Below are positions 48,390 through 58,559 of a stretch of DNA of 64,000 nucleotides, piece by piece. The notes under the pieces are model-generated. The model ran no database searches, was not told where the DNA came from, and saw only the letters and a program-made list of their open reading frames with translations. Both the position numbers and the translations under genes were made by a program. The stretch covers positions 64,001-128,000 of the forward strand of contig CAWIEK010000044.1 of the NCBI GenBank assembly GCA_963835065.1. The letters run 5' to 3'. Each line of letters begins with the position of its first letter. The stretch's first letter is position 1. Origin of the DNA: an uncultured Chthonomonadaceae bacterium. GTDB lineage: Bacteria > Armatimonadota > Chthonomonadetes > Chthonomonadales > Chthonomonadaceae.

Positions 48390-49286
48390 ATGGCACATGG
48401 CGATTTGAAGGGCAAAGTGGTTGTGATAACCGGCGCGTCCAGCGGGTTCGGCAAGGGAACCGCGCTGCAATTGGCCGGGGGCGGAGCGTATCTGGTTCTG
48501 GCGGCGCGGCGCGACAACCTGCTGGAAGAACTGGCGCAGCAATGCCAGGCGCAGGGTGGGCAGGCGATTGCGGTTCATACGGATGTCAGCAAGCCGGAAG
48601 ACGTGCAGCAATTGGCGCAGACTGCTGTTTCCACTTACGGGCGCATTGACGTGTGGATCAACGATGCGGGCGGCGGCGCGATTGGCCGCTTCGAGGAAGT
48701 TCCGCTTGAAAAGCATAGACAGGTCATTGAAACCGATCTGCTCGGCACGATTTACGGCAGCTATGTCGCCATGCGGCAGTTTCATCAGCAGGGCAGCGGC
48801 ATCCTGATCAATATAGCCTCGGTAATCGGCAAGGTTCCCGCGCCGTATTTCGCTTCGTATGCCGCCGCCAAGCATGGCGTTGTCGGCCTGAGCGCCGCCT
48901 TGCGGCAGGAATTGGACATCAATAAAATCGAGGGCATCCGCGTCTGCACGGTCATGCCGACTTCGATGGACACGCCGTTTTTTGAACACGCGGCGGATTA
49001 TACCGGGCATCAGGTGGTTCCCATTCCGCCCGTGTATGAGCCGGAGCAGGTTATCAACGCGCTGGTCAGCCTTGTCACCGATCCCAAAGACGAGGTTGCG
49101 GTAGGCGGCGCGGGGGGACCCGGCTTTACCATCATGCATAATCTGTTCCCCGGCCTGACCGAACACATGATGGCGAAAGTAACCCACAAGTCGCTTCAGG
49201 ACGCCGCGCCTCACGAGGATACGGGCGGCAGCATTGCCCAGCCCATGACTTCGGGTACAGAAGTCGGCGGCGGCTGGAAGCAGTAG
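48390..49286 (+). CDS. SDR family oxidoreductase
   Basis: TGASSGFG and YAAAK motifs. Confidence 0.93.
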   Translation: MAHGDLKGKVVVITGASSGFGKGTALQLAGGGAYLVLAARRDNLLEELAQQCQAQGGQAIAVHTDVSKPEDVQQLAQTAVSTYGRIDVWINDAGGGAIGRFEEVPLEKHRQVIETDLLGTIYGSYVAMRQFHQQGSGILINIASVIGKVPAPYFASYAAAKHGVVGLSAALRQELDINKIEGIRVCTVMPTSMDTPFFEHAADYTGHQVVPIPPVYEPEQVINALVSLVTDPKDEVAVGGAGGPGFTIMHNLFPGLTEHMMAKVTHKSLQDAAPHEDTGGSIAQPMTSGTEVGGGWKQ

Positions 49287-49397
49287 ACGCGCAAGCGGTT
49301 AAGCCTCTAACACACGAATACTCAGCGGCGTCAATGCGCTTGAGTTCCTCGTCCGTAAAGACAAGATTATTCAGTCCCGCAACGTTTACTTCAATAC

Positions 49398-49453
49398 GCT
49401 GGAACAAGCAAGCCACCCTGCCGTCAACATGCGGCAGGGTGGCTTGTTCCAGC
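49398..49453. terminator. Long hairpin between convergent genes
   Basis: caagccaccctgccg / cggcagggtggcttg arms. Confidence 0.65.
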
Positions 49454-49463
49454 ATCCGTCGGC

Positions 49464-49769
49464 CTAATACTCTTCGCCGCCCTCGTCGTTGCCCTCGTCG
49501 AATTCGGGTTCTTCCTCTTCTTCGAGCGGAACCTCGGACACGCCTAACTCTTTCAGGTCGTCCAGATCGGTTCCTGACGACAGGCTGCGGCGCTCCGGCT
49601 CGGCTTCCAAAAGGCCCATAGGCGTGGGATGCTTCTGCCGCGCCTCATCACTGACAAACCGCACTTTGATACCGGCCATCCACATGGGAATTTTGGGCAT
49701 CGGCTTGCCCGTTTCCGAACAAACCACTTCCTGTACAATGTCATCCGCTTTCCGCATAATACTAAACAC
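49464..49769 (-). CDS. Hypothetical protein with acidic tail
   Basis: 101-aa ORF, coding-like composition. Confidence 0.6.
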   Translation of the reverse strand: MFSIMRKADDIVQEVVCSETGKPMPKIPMWMAGIKVRFVSDEARQKHPTPMGLLEAEPERRSLSSGTDLDDLKELGVSEVPLEEEEEPEFDEGNDEGGEEY

Positions 49770-49883
49770 TCCATCCTAAAATCAGCCGTTCCCATGCGAT
49801 ACGCTGTATCACGCGAGAACGGCAAATACAATACCCGTTGGCAGGTCTATTGATATTCTCTTACGTCGGCAGGGAACACTGCG

Positions 49884-50147
49884 TTAGCCTGCATCGGTGG
49901 CGGATACGTTTTCGGTATCCGTGTTCTGCGGCTTCTGCGCGCGCTCGGCGGGCGGCGGCGCGATGCGGATAGACACCACGCCGTTGATAAGCATCAGAAT
50001 ACCGGCCCCAAGATAGACGAGTGATAAGTGATCTTGTGGCGACTGACCGGGTTCCATGAGAAAATGATCGTGCGTGGCAAATCCGGCAAGGCTGACAAGA
50101 ATCAGTATCAGCCCAATGATAATAAACATATTCAGGTAACGCAGCAT
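49884..50147 (-). CDS. Small two-TM membrane protein
   Basis: Two hydrophobic helices; GAGGAG RBS. Confidence 0.6.
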   Translation of the reverse strand: MLRYLNMFIIIGLILILVSLAGFATHDHFLMEPGQSPQDHLSLVYLGAGILMLINGVVSIRIAPPPAERAQKPQNTDTENVSATDAG

Positions 50148-50259
50148 AACCGCTCCTCGCCCACAGGCGCGCGAATAGGTTCCATCTTTTCACGATGGTA
50201 TCTATCATTATACCCCAGGTTAGGGTTTTAGGTTTCTAGGGTTTGTAGGGTTTTAGAGT

Positions 50260-50414
50260 CAATACCGTTCAAATAAGCGTTGGTAGGGACACAACTTGTT
50301 GTGTCCTCTTGCGGTCGTTGTGTCCTCTTCCGGTAGATGAGAGCGCGGACACAACAAGTTGTGTCCCTACAATGTTCTTTTTGAGGTGAAAAGTGCCTTA
50401 TTTGAACGGTATTG
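50260..50414. mobile_element. MITE/REPIN-like element: 18-bp terminal inverted repeats enclosing an inverted pair of 24-bp GTAG-type REPs
   Basis: CAATACCGTTCAAATAAG / CTTATTTGAACGGTATTG; GTAGGGACACAACTTGTTGTGTCC (50283-50306) and its exact reverse complement (50347-50370). Confidence 0.7.
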
Positions 50415-50478
50415 TTTTTAGGGTTTTAGGGTTTTAGCGAGTGAAGGCGTAATGACGTGCCCCTAAAACCTTAGAAAC

Positions 50479-51669
50479 CTAAAACCCTACAAACCTACGT
50501 TGGACGCGCGGGCCGAGACGGGTTAGAAGTTCATAGACGATGGTTTGCGCGGATTGGGCGGCGTGTTCGGGACGCAGGGAACAGCCGTTGTAATAGCCAT
50601 AAAGAAGCGCGTCCATGCCAACTTCGGCTTCGGGAATGTCGGTGACATTAACCATCATCGAGTCCATCGAAATGCGCCCGCAAATGGGCGCTTGCTGTCC
50701 GTTGATGAGGACATAACCCTGATTGGACAGGCTGGCCGGGATGCCGTCATGGTAGCCGATGGGCAGAACGGCTTTGCGAAAACCATTGCGCGGAACCGTA
50801 AACGTGCCGTTGTAGCCGATACGGTCGCCTTTGCAATGGGTTTGCAGCGCGGCGATACGGCTTACAAGCGCAACAGCGGGAACAAGCGGCAGGGCGCAAT
50901 GGACGGCGGGCGAGGGATACAGCCCGAACAAGCCAAGCCCGATACGAACCATGTCATAACGCGCTTCAGGAAAGCGAATCGCGCCCGAAGTCGCCGCCGC
51001 ATGAATCAGCAAGGAGGAACGGCCATCAAGGGAGGAACGCTTTGCCGGCGAGGAATGGTCAGCAAAGGCAGAACTTTTTGGGATGTTGGCAGCGCTAAGA
51101 GATTGTTCAAAGCAGGCTATCTGTCGGCGCGTAAATTCATCGGCGTCGGGGTCTTCGGCGGAAGCGAAGTGGGTCAAAATGCCTTCGACGTGGAGACAGC
51201 CGGATTTTTGAAGCGTGTGGAGCAGGGTCGGCAGTTCACCGGGCGCAATGCCCAATCGTCCCAAACCGGTATCTATTTCGATATGCGCGTTCAGTTCGCG
51301 CCCTTTCTGCCGCAATTGCGTTTCAAGCGTACAGGCAAGCGCAACCGAGTAGAGAACAGGCGTGAGATTGAAATGCAGCAGCTTGTCTGTTTCATCAGGA
51401 GCGCACTGCATGACGAGAATGGGCAGGCGAACCCCGGCTTCGCGCAGACTTGTGCCCTCGTCCGCGCTCGACACCCCAAAATAATCTACGCCCATGTCCT
51501 GAAGATGCAGGCTCAGGCGCGTGGCATCGCTGCCATACGCAAGCGCTTTCACCATTGCCAGCAGGCGGACATGCGGCCCGATAAAGGCACGAATCCGGCT
51601 GACATTGGCTTGTACGGCGTCAACGTTGACATAAAAGCGGTTTGAAGATTCGGCTTCTGGCAACGTCAA
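50479..51669 (-). CDS. alr: Alanine racemase
   Basis: AMVKALAYG (PLP Lys), IDTGLGRLG, GYHDG, GRISMD, TIVYE. Confidence 0.93.
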   Translation of the reverse strand: MTLPEAESSNRFYVNVDAVQANVSRIRAFIGPHVRLLAMVKALAYGSDATRLSLHLQDMGVDYFGVSSADEGTSLREAGVRLPILVMQCAPDETDKLLHFNLTPVLYSVALACTLETQLRQKGRELNAHIEIDTGLGRLGIAPGELPTLLHTLQKSGCLHVEGILTHFASAEDPDADEFTRRQIACFEQSLSAANIPKSSAFADHSSPAKRSSLDGRSSLLIHAAATSGAIRFPEARYDMVRIGLGLFGLYPSPAVHCALPLVPAVALVSRIAALQTHCKGDRIGYNGTFTVPRNGFRKAVLPIGYHDGIPASLSNQGYVLINGQQAPICGRISMDSMMVNVTDIPEAEVGMDALLYGYYNGCSLRPEHAAQSAQTIVYELLTRLGPRVQRRFVGF

Positions 51670-52918
51670 AATTCCTTTTCATGTTCGTTTTCCTGTTCGC
51701 TGGAAAAATTATCAGGAAGGTTGTTGAAAAGTTTATCGGAAGGCGCATGAGCAAACGAATCGATAGGTTCACCGGCAATGGGAACAACGCCATGCCCGCT
51801 TTGTATGGAACTCAAATTCAGCCTTCCACCCTCATAAACCATGCCTCCATGCAGCGGGCTGTCGGTCATAAACAGGGGCGTATCCAAATCCACAAAGCAG
51901 AAGCCGCCCAGACCGGACGCGAAACAGGCCGATACGGTCATGGCTAAAATGGACTCGACCATGCCGCCAATCATCAGTCCGATACCCTGCGTTTTGCACA
52001 GCGCGGCGATTTCCAGCGCGTCCGCGATGCCGCACTTCATCAGCTTGATGTTGACGATACTGGCCGCCTGCATGTCCATCAAGTCGCCGAACGCCTTCCA
52101 CATCCGACGCGCTTTCATCGGCGATAATGGGTACGCCGCCTTCCCGCGTAATCCGTTTCATTCCATCCAGATCATCTTTTGGCACGGGCTGTTCCAGCGC
52201 GGCGGGCGTGATGCCGTGCTCCCTCAGCATGGCAAGCAACCGCAAAGCGGAGGCAGCGGTCAAGCCCTTGATTGCCGTCAAGCAGCAGGGGCGCGTCGGG
52301 GGCATGGGCGTGAATGGCCTTGATGCGGGCGGCATCCGTCACAATGTCCTGCGTGCCGATTTTGATTTTGATAGTCCGTATGCCCCGCTTGACGATGTTC
52401 TGGGCAGAAATGGCGGCATGGGCAACGGCTTCCTCGTTGCTGACGCCCGATTGCGTGGTAACGGTCATGTCGGTTTCAAGCAACGCATTGGCATTGCCGA
52501 AAACAGCGACCAGGGGAATGTTATCGTGCCGGGCAAGAGCATCCAGCAGGGCGGTTTCCAGAGCGCAGCGCGTGGAACCGTCATGAGGAATCTGCGTTTT
52601 CAACTGACTGGCGATGTGCCGCCAACCCCGCGCATCCTGTCCAATGAGCGCGGACTGAACACTTGCAAGGGCACTTCGGGCGCTATCCTGCGTTTCGCCG
52701 TTAAAGGGCGGCAGGGGAGCCGCTTCGCCATAGCCCTTCGCGCCGTCCGCAAGTTCCAGCGTCACGAGCAAATTGTTGGCAACCGCCTGCGCCCCGCCCG
52801 CAATCCCGAACAACTCCCACAGCGGTATATCCAGATTTTGCACCCTAATGCTGCGTATGATTGTGCTTTTCGGCAAAGCCAAACTCCGTACTTTCCTTCG
52901 TGTCTCATTACCGGACAC
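51666..52918 (-). CDS. L-Ala-D/L-Glu epimerase (enolase superfamily); two frameshifts near 52262 and 52081
   Basis: GYGEAAP, IKIKIG, DGNQG, EQP, ADES, NIKLMKCG, DLDTP spread over three frames. Confidence 0.85.
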
Positions 52919-53034
52919 ATTTAGCCAATGGTTGAAAACGCCTGTGAGAATGGGTTCGGCTAAGAAATCTTGTTTAATCCTAAAAATCCTGTTAATCCTG
53001 TCTATTTTGAATTTGCATCTGCGTTCATTCGCGT

Positions 53035-54246
53035 TTATTCGCGGCTGACTTGTTCCTGCTGATTCAGGTAGCGCAGGACGATGTTGGTGAACAAGCGGAT
53101 ACCGACGGGAACGGCTTCGTCGCCAAAATTGTACGTGGGCGTATGGAGCGGGGTCACGTCTGTACCGACGCCGAGCCGAAACATTGCGCCGGGCGCGCGT
53201 TCCAGATACACGGCGAAATCTTCCGCGCCCATAGAAGGCGATTCTAAAACAACAACGTTGTCGCGTCCCAAAACATCCGCGCCCACTTCGGCAACAAGGG
53301 CGTTGATGCCCGCATCATTAACGGTAACGGGCGTACCGAAGCGATAGCCGAACGTGTACTCGGCGCGCATGGCCTGACAAATGCCGGCCACGATCCGCTC
53401 CACATGCTCCTTCATTTGCGGGCGCAGTTCGCGGGACAGGCAGCGCACCGTGCCCTTGATTTCCGCTGTGCCGGGGATCACGTTGTACGCCGTGCCCGCG
53501 TGAAACTGCGCCACCGTCACGACAACCGGCTCCACAGGCGAGACTTCCCGGCTCGACAAGGTTTGCAGCGCAGTGACGATGTGCGCGCCGATAACGATAG
53601 GGTCAACGCCGATATGCGGCATGGCCGCGTGTGCGCCGCGCCCGTGAACGGTGATGTCGAATGTGTCAGCGGACGCCATCATGGGGCCGGGGCGAACGCC
53701 GATCTGCCCCACTGCCATACCGGGCCAGCCGTGCAGCGCGACAATGGCATCCACGCCGTCCATGACGCCTTCCGCGCACATTTCGGTTGCGCCGCCAACG
53801 GTCTCTTCCGCCGGCTGAAAGATGAATTGAACCGTGCCGGGAAGCTGGCTGCGCAATTGGGCGAGCGCCGTGGCTGTGCCGAGCAAAGTGGCGGTATGTC
53901 CGTCATGGCCGCAGGCATGCATTACGCCGGGATTACACGATTTGTACGGCAGATCGCTTTGCTCCAGAATCGGCAGGGCGTCCATGTCGGCGCGCAAGGC
54001 AATGGTCGGGCCTTCGTTCGCGCCGTCTGCCTTGCCTCGCAATAGCCCGACAACGCCATAACCGCCGACACCGGCGCGAACCTCATCCAGTCCAAGCGCG
54101 CGCAAACGCTCCGCCACCAGTTCAGACGTGGCCTGTTCCTGATGGCTGAGTTCGGGATTCTGGTGCAGATAATGGCGCGTGGCAACCGCTTCGGGAACAG
54201 CGGCCTGAACAATAGATGCGAGAACTTCCTGATCCACAAAAGGCAT
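53035..54246 (-). CDS. M20 family amidohydrolase
   Basis: LHQNPELS, RADMDALP, MHACGHDGH, FQPAEE, GAEDF. Confidence 0.95.
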   Translation of the reverse strand: MPFVDQEVLASIVQAAVPEAVATRHYLHQNPELSHQEQATSELVAERLRALGLDEVRAGVGGYGVVGLLRGKADGANEGPTIALRADMDALPILEQSDLPYKSCNPGVMHACGHDGHTATLLGTATALAQLRSQLPGTVQFIFQPAEETVGGATEMCAEGVMDGVDAIVALHGWPGMAVGQIGVRPGPMMASADTFDITVHGRGAHAAMPHIGVDPIVIGAHIVTALQTLSSREVSPVEPVVVTVAQFHAGTAYNVIPGTAEIKGTVRCLSRELRPQMKEHVERIVAGICQAMRAEYTFGYRFGTPVTVNDAGINALVAEVGADVLGRDNVVVLESPSMGAEDFAVYLERAPGAMFRLGVGTDVTPLHTPTYNFGDEAVPVGIRLFTNIVLRYLNQQEQVSRE

Positions 54247-54300
54247 AAGATTTCCTTCACTTAACCGGCAGATAGGCGCGTTTCTAATTCAAGGTATTGC

Positions 54301-54420
54301 GCCGGGGATTTTCAATCCCCGGCAGGAAAGTGCAAGCGTCCTGCGGACGCACAATTCAAAGAATAGCATCGCGCTCGTAGGACGCTTGTTTTGTCTTGCC
54401 GGGGATTGAAAATCCCCGGC
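54301..54420. repeat. 120-bp palindromic element with 24-bp terminal inverted repeats, each itself a hairpin
   Basis: GCCGGGGATTTTCAATCCCCGGCA ... TGCCGGGGATTGAAAATCCCCGGC; inner caagcgtcct / aggacgcttg. Confidence 0.8.
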
Positions 54421-54445
54421 AGAGTTAAGAAGAAGTTTTGAACTT

Positions 54446-55306
54446 TCAATTCAGTCCATAAACATGGCTGGCATTGTCGTGAAACAATTTACGCTTATCG
54501 GCCTCGTTCCAATCGGCGACAATGGCTTGCAGTGTTTCCACCCACGTTCGCAGGGAAGCCCCAAGCGTACACACGGGCCAATCGCTTGCGAACATAACGC
54601 GGTCATGCCCGAAGGATTGTACGCAGGTGTTTACGAACGGCGCGAGCAGAGAAGACGCATCTTCCCCCGGTTTTAGCTGCGCAATGATGCCGCTGATTTT
54701 GCAGACGATGTTGGGCTGCTCCGCCAATTCCGCAATGCCCCGCTTCCAGCCTATGTGTTCGGGCGAATCGAGCGCGGCGTGAATGTTCGGGTTGCCGCAA
54801 TGATCGAGAACAAAGCGCGTGTCAGGGCATTGATGCGTAAGTTTCACGCCATCTTCCAGTTCGTTTGGGCGCAGGCACAGGTCGAACAACAATTTGCGCG
54901 CGCCTAACAAGCGCATTGCGCGGACGAATTCCGGTTTCAGGCAGGTTCCGCGTTCCAATCCGCCGTGCAGCACCTTCCGAACGCCCTTTACATGCCTGTC
55001 ACCTGAAAAGCGCTCCACATACGCGGCAAAGCCCGAATCAAGCGGGTCGCCACCAATTACTGCGCCCACAAGAAGCGTGTCTTTCTGGCGGCACAGGCCA
55101 AGAACGATTTCCGCTTCCAAAACGCGCTGCGTTGCCTCGGCATCCACTTCCATGTATACGGTGTTGACGATGTTCAAACCCGCCGCTTCGCGCTCATAAT
55201 CCGCCAGAACGTGGTTTGCAGCCAGTTTGCCGCCGCCCGCCAGCCAGGGCAGATGCAGTTTGCTCAAATCCCACAAATGCTGATGCGTGTCAATAATGGG
55301 AAGCAT
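54446..55306 (-). CDS. Amidohydrolase_2 family protein (lactonase-like)
   Basis: IIDTHQHLW, VLDHCG, CKISG, FASDWP. Confidence 0.9.
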   Translation of the reverse strand: MLPIIDTHQHLWDLSKLHLPWLAGGGKLAANHVLADYEREAAGLNIVNTVYMEVDAEATQRVLEAEIVLGLCRQKDTLLVGAVIGGDPLDSGFAAYVERFSGDRHVKGVRKVLHGGLERGTCLKPEFVRAMRLLGARKLLFDLCLRPNELEDGVKLTHQCPDTRFVLDHCGNPNIHAALDSPEHIGWKRGIAELAEQPNIVCKISGIIAQLKPGEDASSLLAPFVNTCVQSFGHDRVMFASDWPVCTLGASLRTWVETLQAIVADWNEADKRKLFHDNASHVYGLN

Positions 55307-55358
55307 GGAAGTTCCGTTTCTTGTTAATTCGTTTTCCGGTGAGTTTATTTGGGCGGGT

Positions 55359-55730
55359 TTACTCCCGGACGGCGGTAATGGCAAGCAGCGCCCATCCGCA
55401 TAGGAAGCATAAACCGCCCAACGGGGTCACGGCTCCGAGAATTTTCACGCCGCTGACTGCCAGCACATACAGGCTGCCGGAAAACAGCAGGATGCCAGCT
55501 GCAAACAGCCAGCCTGCCAGTTCCACCTTCTTTTTGTCGCGCAGCCGGTCTGCCAGAATCGCCAGCAGCACAAGCGCCAGCGCGTGGACAAGATGGTACT
55601 GGACGCCCGTTTTGTAGGTTTCTACTGTTCCGTTCGCGGTTAAGACGCTTTGCAGTCCGTGCGCCCCGAACGCGCCAAGCGCCACGCCCACAAACGCAAA
55701 CACGCTGCCCAGCAGCAACATATTTTTCAC
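55359..55730 (-). CDS. DUF423 (YgdD/TMEM256) membrane protein
   Basis: GAFGAHGL, TGVQYH, FSGSLY, TPLGG. Confidence 0.93.
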   Translation of the reverse strand: MKNMLLLGSVFAFVGVALGAFGAHGLQSVLTANGTVETYKTGVQYHLVHALALVLLAILADRLRDKKKVELAGWLFAAGILLFSGSLYVLAVSGVKILGAVTPLGGLCFLCGWALLAITAVRE

Positions 55731-55885
55731 GTCAAGTCTGCCTTATTCATCCGGGTTTGGTTCGGAAAATGGAGTGGAAGGATTGCAGGAACGGTACTGT
55801 TCTTGCAGGAAATTACGTATGAATGGCGTATGTGGTTGCAAGGGAACGGCATTGGCGTGTTCCCACAGCGAAAGGAAGCAAAAGT

Positions 55886-56701
55886 ATGCCTGGTCCCTTT
55901 CCCGGTATGGACCCCTATCTGGAACACCCGATGCTATGGTCTGATTTGCACCATAGTTTCATTACGTTTGCCCGTTCGGCAATTCGCGCGGCGTTGCCGA
56001 ACGGTTACATCGCCAAAGTGGAAGAGCGTGTCATTATTCTTCCTCCAGAGCGAACCATCATTCCCGACGTGTTTGTACGCCGACAGCCTGCGCCATCTAC
56101 GCCGTCAACAGGAACCCTCGCGGTTATGGACGAACAAGACGCGCCCCGCCTGCTTCGAATCCCGCCGCCGGAGTCGCAGCGCGAAGGCTATATTGATATT
56201 GTGGACGCTGTAGATCAAGAGCGGATTGTGACCACAATCGAAGTTCTCAGCCCCACCAACAAAATGCTCGGCAATTCAGCGCGAACAAGCTATCTTGAAA
56301 AGCAGGAAGCGATTTTAAACAGCAGTACGCATCTGCTTGAGATTGATCTGTTGCGGACAGGCACACCGACGATTGCCGCGCCGTTGGCGGCTTTGGAAGC
56401 GGAGGGCGTTCCCTGGAACTACCTTGTCTGCCTGCACCGCGCCGGGCAAAACCGGGAAGATTACCAGACGTTCGAGGTCTGGTTCAATCGGATACGGCAA
56501 CCCCTGCCCCGCGTCCGCGTTCCACTGGATGCCGGCGTGTCCGATGTTCAGTTGGATTTACAGGCCGTTTTGAACCGCTGTTACGAGGAAGCGGGTTACG
56601 AAGATATGGCGGATTACGCGGGGGAGCCAATCCCCCCGCTTGCCACTGAAGATAGTCTTTGGGCAGACACAATACTGCGCGAACGTGGCCTGCGCGTCTG
56701 A
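55886..56701 (+). CDS. DUF4058 family protein
   Basis: MPGPFPGMDPYLE, IEVLSPTNK, LEIDLLR. Confidence 0.9.
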   Translation: MPGPFPGMDPYLEHPMLWSDLHHSFITFARSAIRAALPNGYIAKVEERVIILPPERTIIPDVFVRRQPAPSTPSTGTLAVMDEQDAPRLLRIPPPESQREGYIDIVDAVDQERIVTTIEVLSPTNKMLGNSARTSYLEKQEAILNSSTHLLEIDLLRTGTPTIAAPLAALEAEGVPWNYLVCLHRAGQNREDYQTFEVWFNRIRQPLPRVRVPLDAGVSDVQLDLQAVLNRCYEEAGYEDMADYAGEPIPPLATEDSLWADTILRERGLRV

Positions 56702-56730
56702 GTGTGGCGCTTAAAAGAAAGGAACTGCAA

Positions 56731-57590
56731 ATGCCCGGCCCGTTCCCCGGTATGGATCCCTATCTGGAAGACCCGTTTATTTGGCAGGGCGTTCACAACA
56801 CCCTGATTACGTATATTGCCGCCGCGCTGAATGCCGTGCTGCCGCCCGATTACGTTGCGGATACGGGAGTACGCTGCCTGATCGAGCGGCAAATGAGCGC
56901 GATTATTCCTGATGTAATCGTTCAGGAGGAACGCGCGCTTGTCCTGTTGGAACGCAGCGGAAGCGTGGCGGTTCTGGAAACACCGCGAAAAATAGACACC
57001 ACGCTTCGCCTGCGAAGCGTGGCGGTTCTGGAAAACCGCGAAAAATAGACACGCCGCTTCGCCTGCGAGTGGATACTTTGGAAGAGCGCCAGGCGTTTGT
57101 CAACGTTATCAACATTCACAGCGAACAGATTGTCACGGTGATTGAAATACTCAGCCCGACAAACAAAAACACTTCCAATGACGGATGGGAAACGTACCGG
57201 CGGAAACAGCAGGAGTTGCTGGCAAGCCAAACGAACCTTATTAAAATTGACTTGCTGCGCGATGGCGAGTACACAGTGGCTGTACCCGAATCTGTGCTGC
57301 CGCGCGCGCCCCGCCGTGATTATTTAACCTGCCTGCATCGGGGCGGGCGCGGCTGGGATTTTGAAGCTTGGCCTACAAGAGTGCGCGAACGATTGCCCTG
57401 TATTGCCGTGCCGCTTACGCAGGAATTATCCGACGTGCCCCTGGACTTACAGCAACCCTTCAACAGGCTCTATGACGAGGGGCGGTATGACCGGAAAGTG
57501 AATTATTCGCGGGAGCCAATCCCGCCGCTTGCCGCCGAAGACGCCGCGTGGGCGGACACCCTACTGCGCGAACGCAGCCTGCGCAGATGA
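56731..57590 (+). CDS. DUF4058 family paralog interrupted by a 54-bp tandem duplication whose second copy lacks one base
   Basis: MPGPFPGMDPYLE in 56659..57048; IEILSPTNK in 57069..57590; repeat units start at 56961 and 57015. Confidence 0.8.
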
Positions 57591-57610
57591 ATAACATCTA
57601 TGTAGAAACA

Positions 57611-57967
57611 TCATTTCTCAGTCGCGCCACTGCTTGCCGTCGTGGTGGGGGTGGCAGGCGCGGCGGGCTTATCGGCGGTTTTACTGTCGGTTTTGCTATC
57701 AGTCGAGTCCGTTTTGGTTTCAGAACCGGATTTATCCCCTGTTTTGTCTCCCTCCGCCTTTTCGGAACTCGCCGACTCACTTGTGTCCGGCTTACGCGAG
57801 TCGTTGACGTACCAGCCGGAACCCTTAAAGACGATGCCGACGGGATATAGCAGACGCTTCACTTTACTGCCACATTGCGGACAAATTTCAACAGGCGCGT
57901 CTTTCATCGCCTGAAACACGGAAAATTCGTGCTTACATTCGGTACACTGATAACCATAGGTCGGCAA
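57611..57967 (-). CDS. FmdB family zinc-ribbon protein
   Basis: MPTYGYQCTEC...CPQCG...FKGSGWY. Confidence 0.92.
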   Translation of the reverse strand: MPTYGYQCTECKHEFSVFQAMKDAPVEICPQCGSKVKRLLYPVGIVFKGSGWYVNDSRKPDTSESASSEKAEGDKTGDKSGSETKTDSTDSKTDSKTADKPAAPATPTTTASSGATEK

Positions 57968-58069
57968 AGGAACTCACCTCTTAAAATGTAAATTTTGCTG
58001 GATAGCTCTATTATACCGCGTTGCAAGCCTTGCTGCGTAAGTCGGCAGGCGTTGGAGTAAGGAACCGCT

Positions 58070-58444
58070 TTGGGTACGAAAATCGCTTTGCTTGTGCTGA
58101 TGGCTGTGTGTGGCGGCGCGTGGGGCTATGTGGCCTGGATCAAGCGCCGCCTGGATGTTGCGCTCAAGCTGCTGGAAGAGCAAAAGACGCGGCAGCGCAG
58201 CCTGTCCGCTTCCTATGGCCGCATCACGGAACAATGGTTCCCCCTGATGGACAAATACCCGTATGACTCCGCCAATTTTCGCTTTCTCGGAACGCCTGTG
58301 GACGGCGTACAGTTCGAGGAAGACCGTATCGTATTCGTCGAGTTCAAGTCCAACCGATCAGAACTGTCTTCAGCCCAGAAGAAACTAAAGAAACTGGTCG
58401 AGTTGGGCAAAGTGACGTGGGAGGAGTTTCATTTTAATGAGTGA
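58070..58444 (+). CDS. Holliday-junction-resolvase-like endonuclease (Endonuc_Holl type) with N-terminal TM
   Basis: GRITEQ..P, FRFLGTPVD, FVEFKS. Confidence 0.75.
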   Translation: MGTKIALLVLMAVCGGAWGYVAWIKRRLDVALKLLEEQKTRQRSLSASYGRITEQWFPLMDKYPYDSANFRFLGTPVDGVQFEEDRIVFVEFKSNRSELSSAQKKLKKLVELGKVTWEEFHFNE

Positions 58445-58453
58445 GGAGACGTT

Positions 58454-58554
58454 AGGGAACAGGGAACAGGGAACAGGGAACAGAAGGAATTCGCAAGAGA
58501 AAGATTCCCGTTCTGTCTCCTTGCTGTTCCCTGTTCCCTGTTCCCTGTTCCCTG
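58454..58554. repeat. Palindromic heptamer element (AGGGAAC)4...(CTGTTCC)4 at the 5' end of anmK
   Basis: Directly visible; the two tracts are reverse complements. Confidence 0.85.
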
Positions 58555-58559
58555 ACCGG

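Noticed and set aside
48054..49214. 386-aa minus-strand ORF, and similarly 50545..51645 (+), 39489..40628 (+) and 59982..61037 (-)
   Set aside because: Antisense shadows of SDR, alr, the ABC transporter and purA
50479..54246. alr + Ala-Glu epimerase + M20 peptidase cluster as a novel pathway
   Set aside because: Consistent with ordinary peptidoglycan-peptide recycling; anmK is also nearby
56960..57067. Direct repeat as a possible mini CRISPR array
   Set aside because: Head-to-tail duplication inside a gene, with no unique spacer
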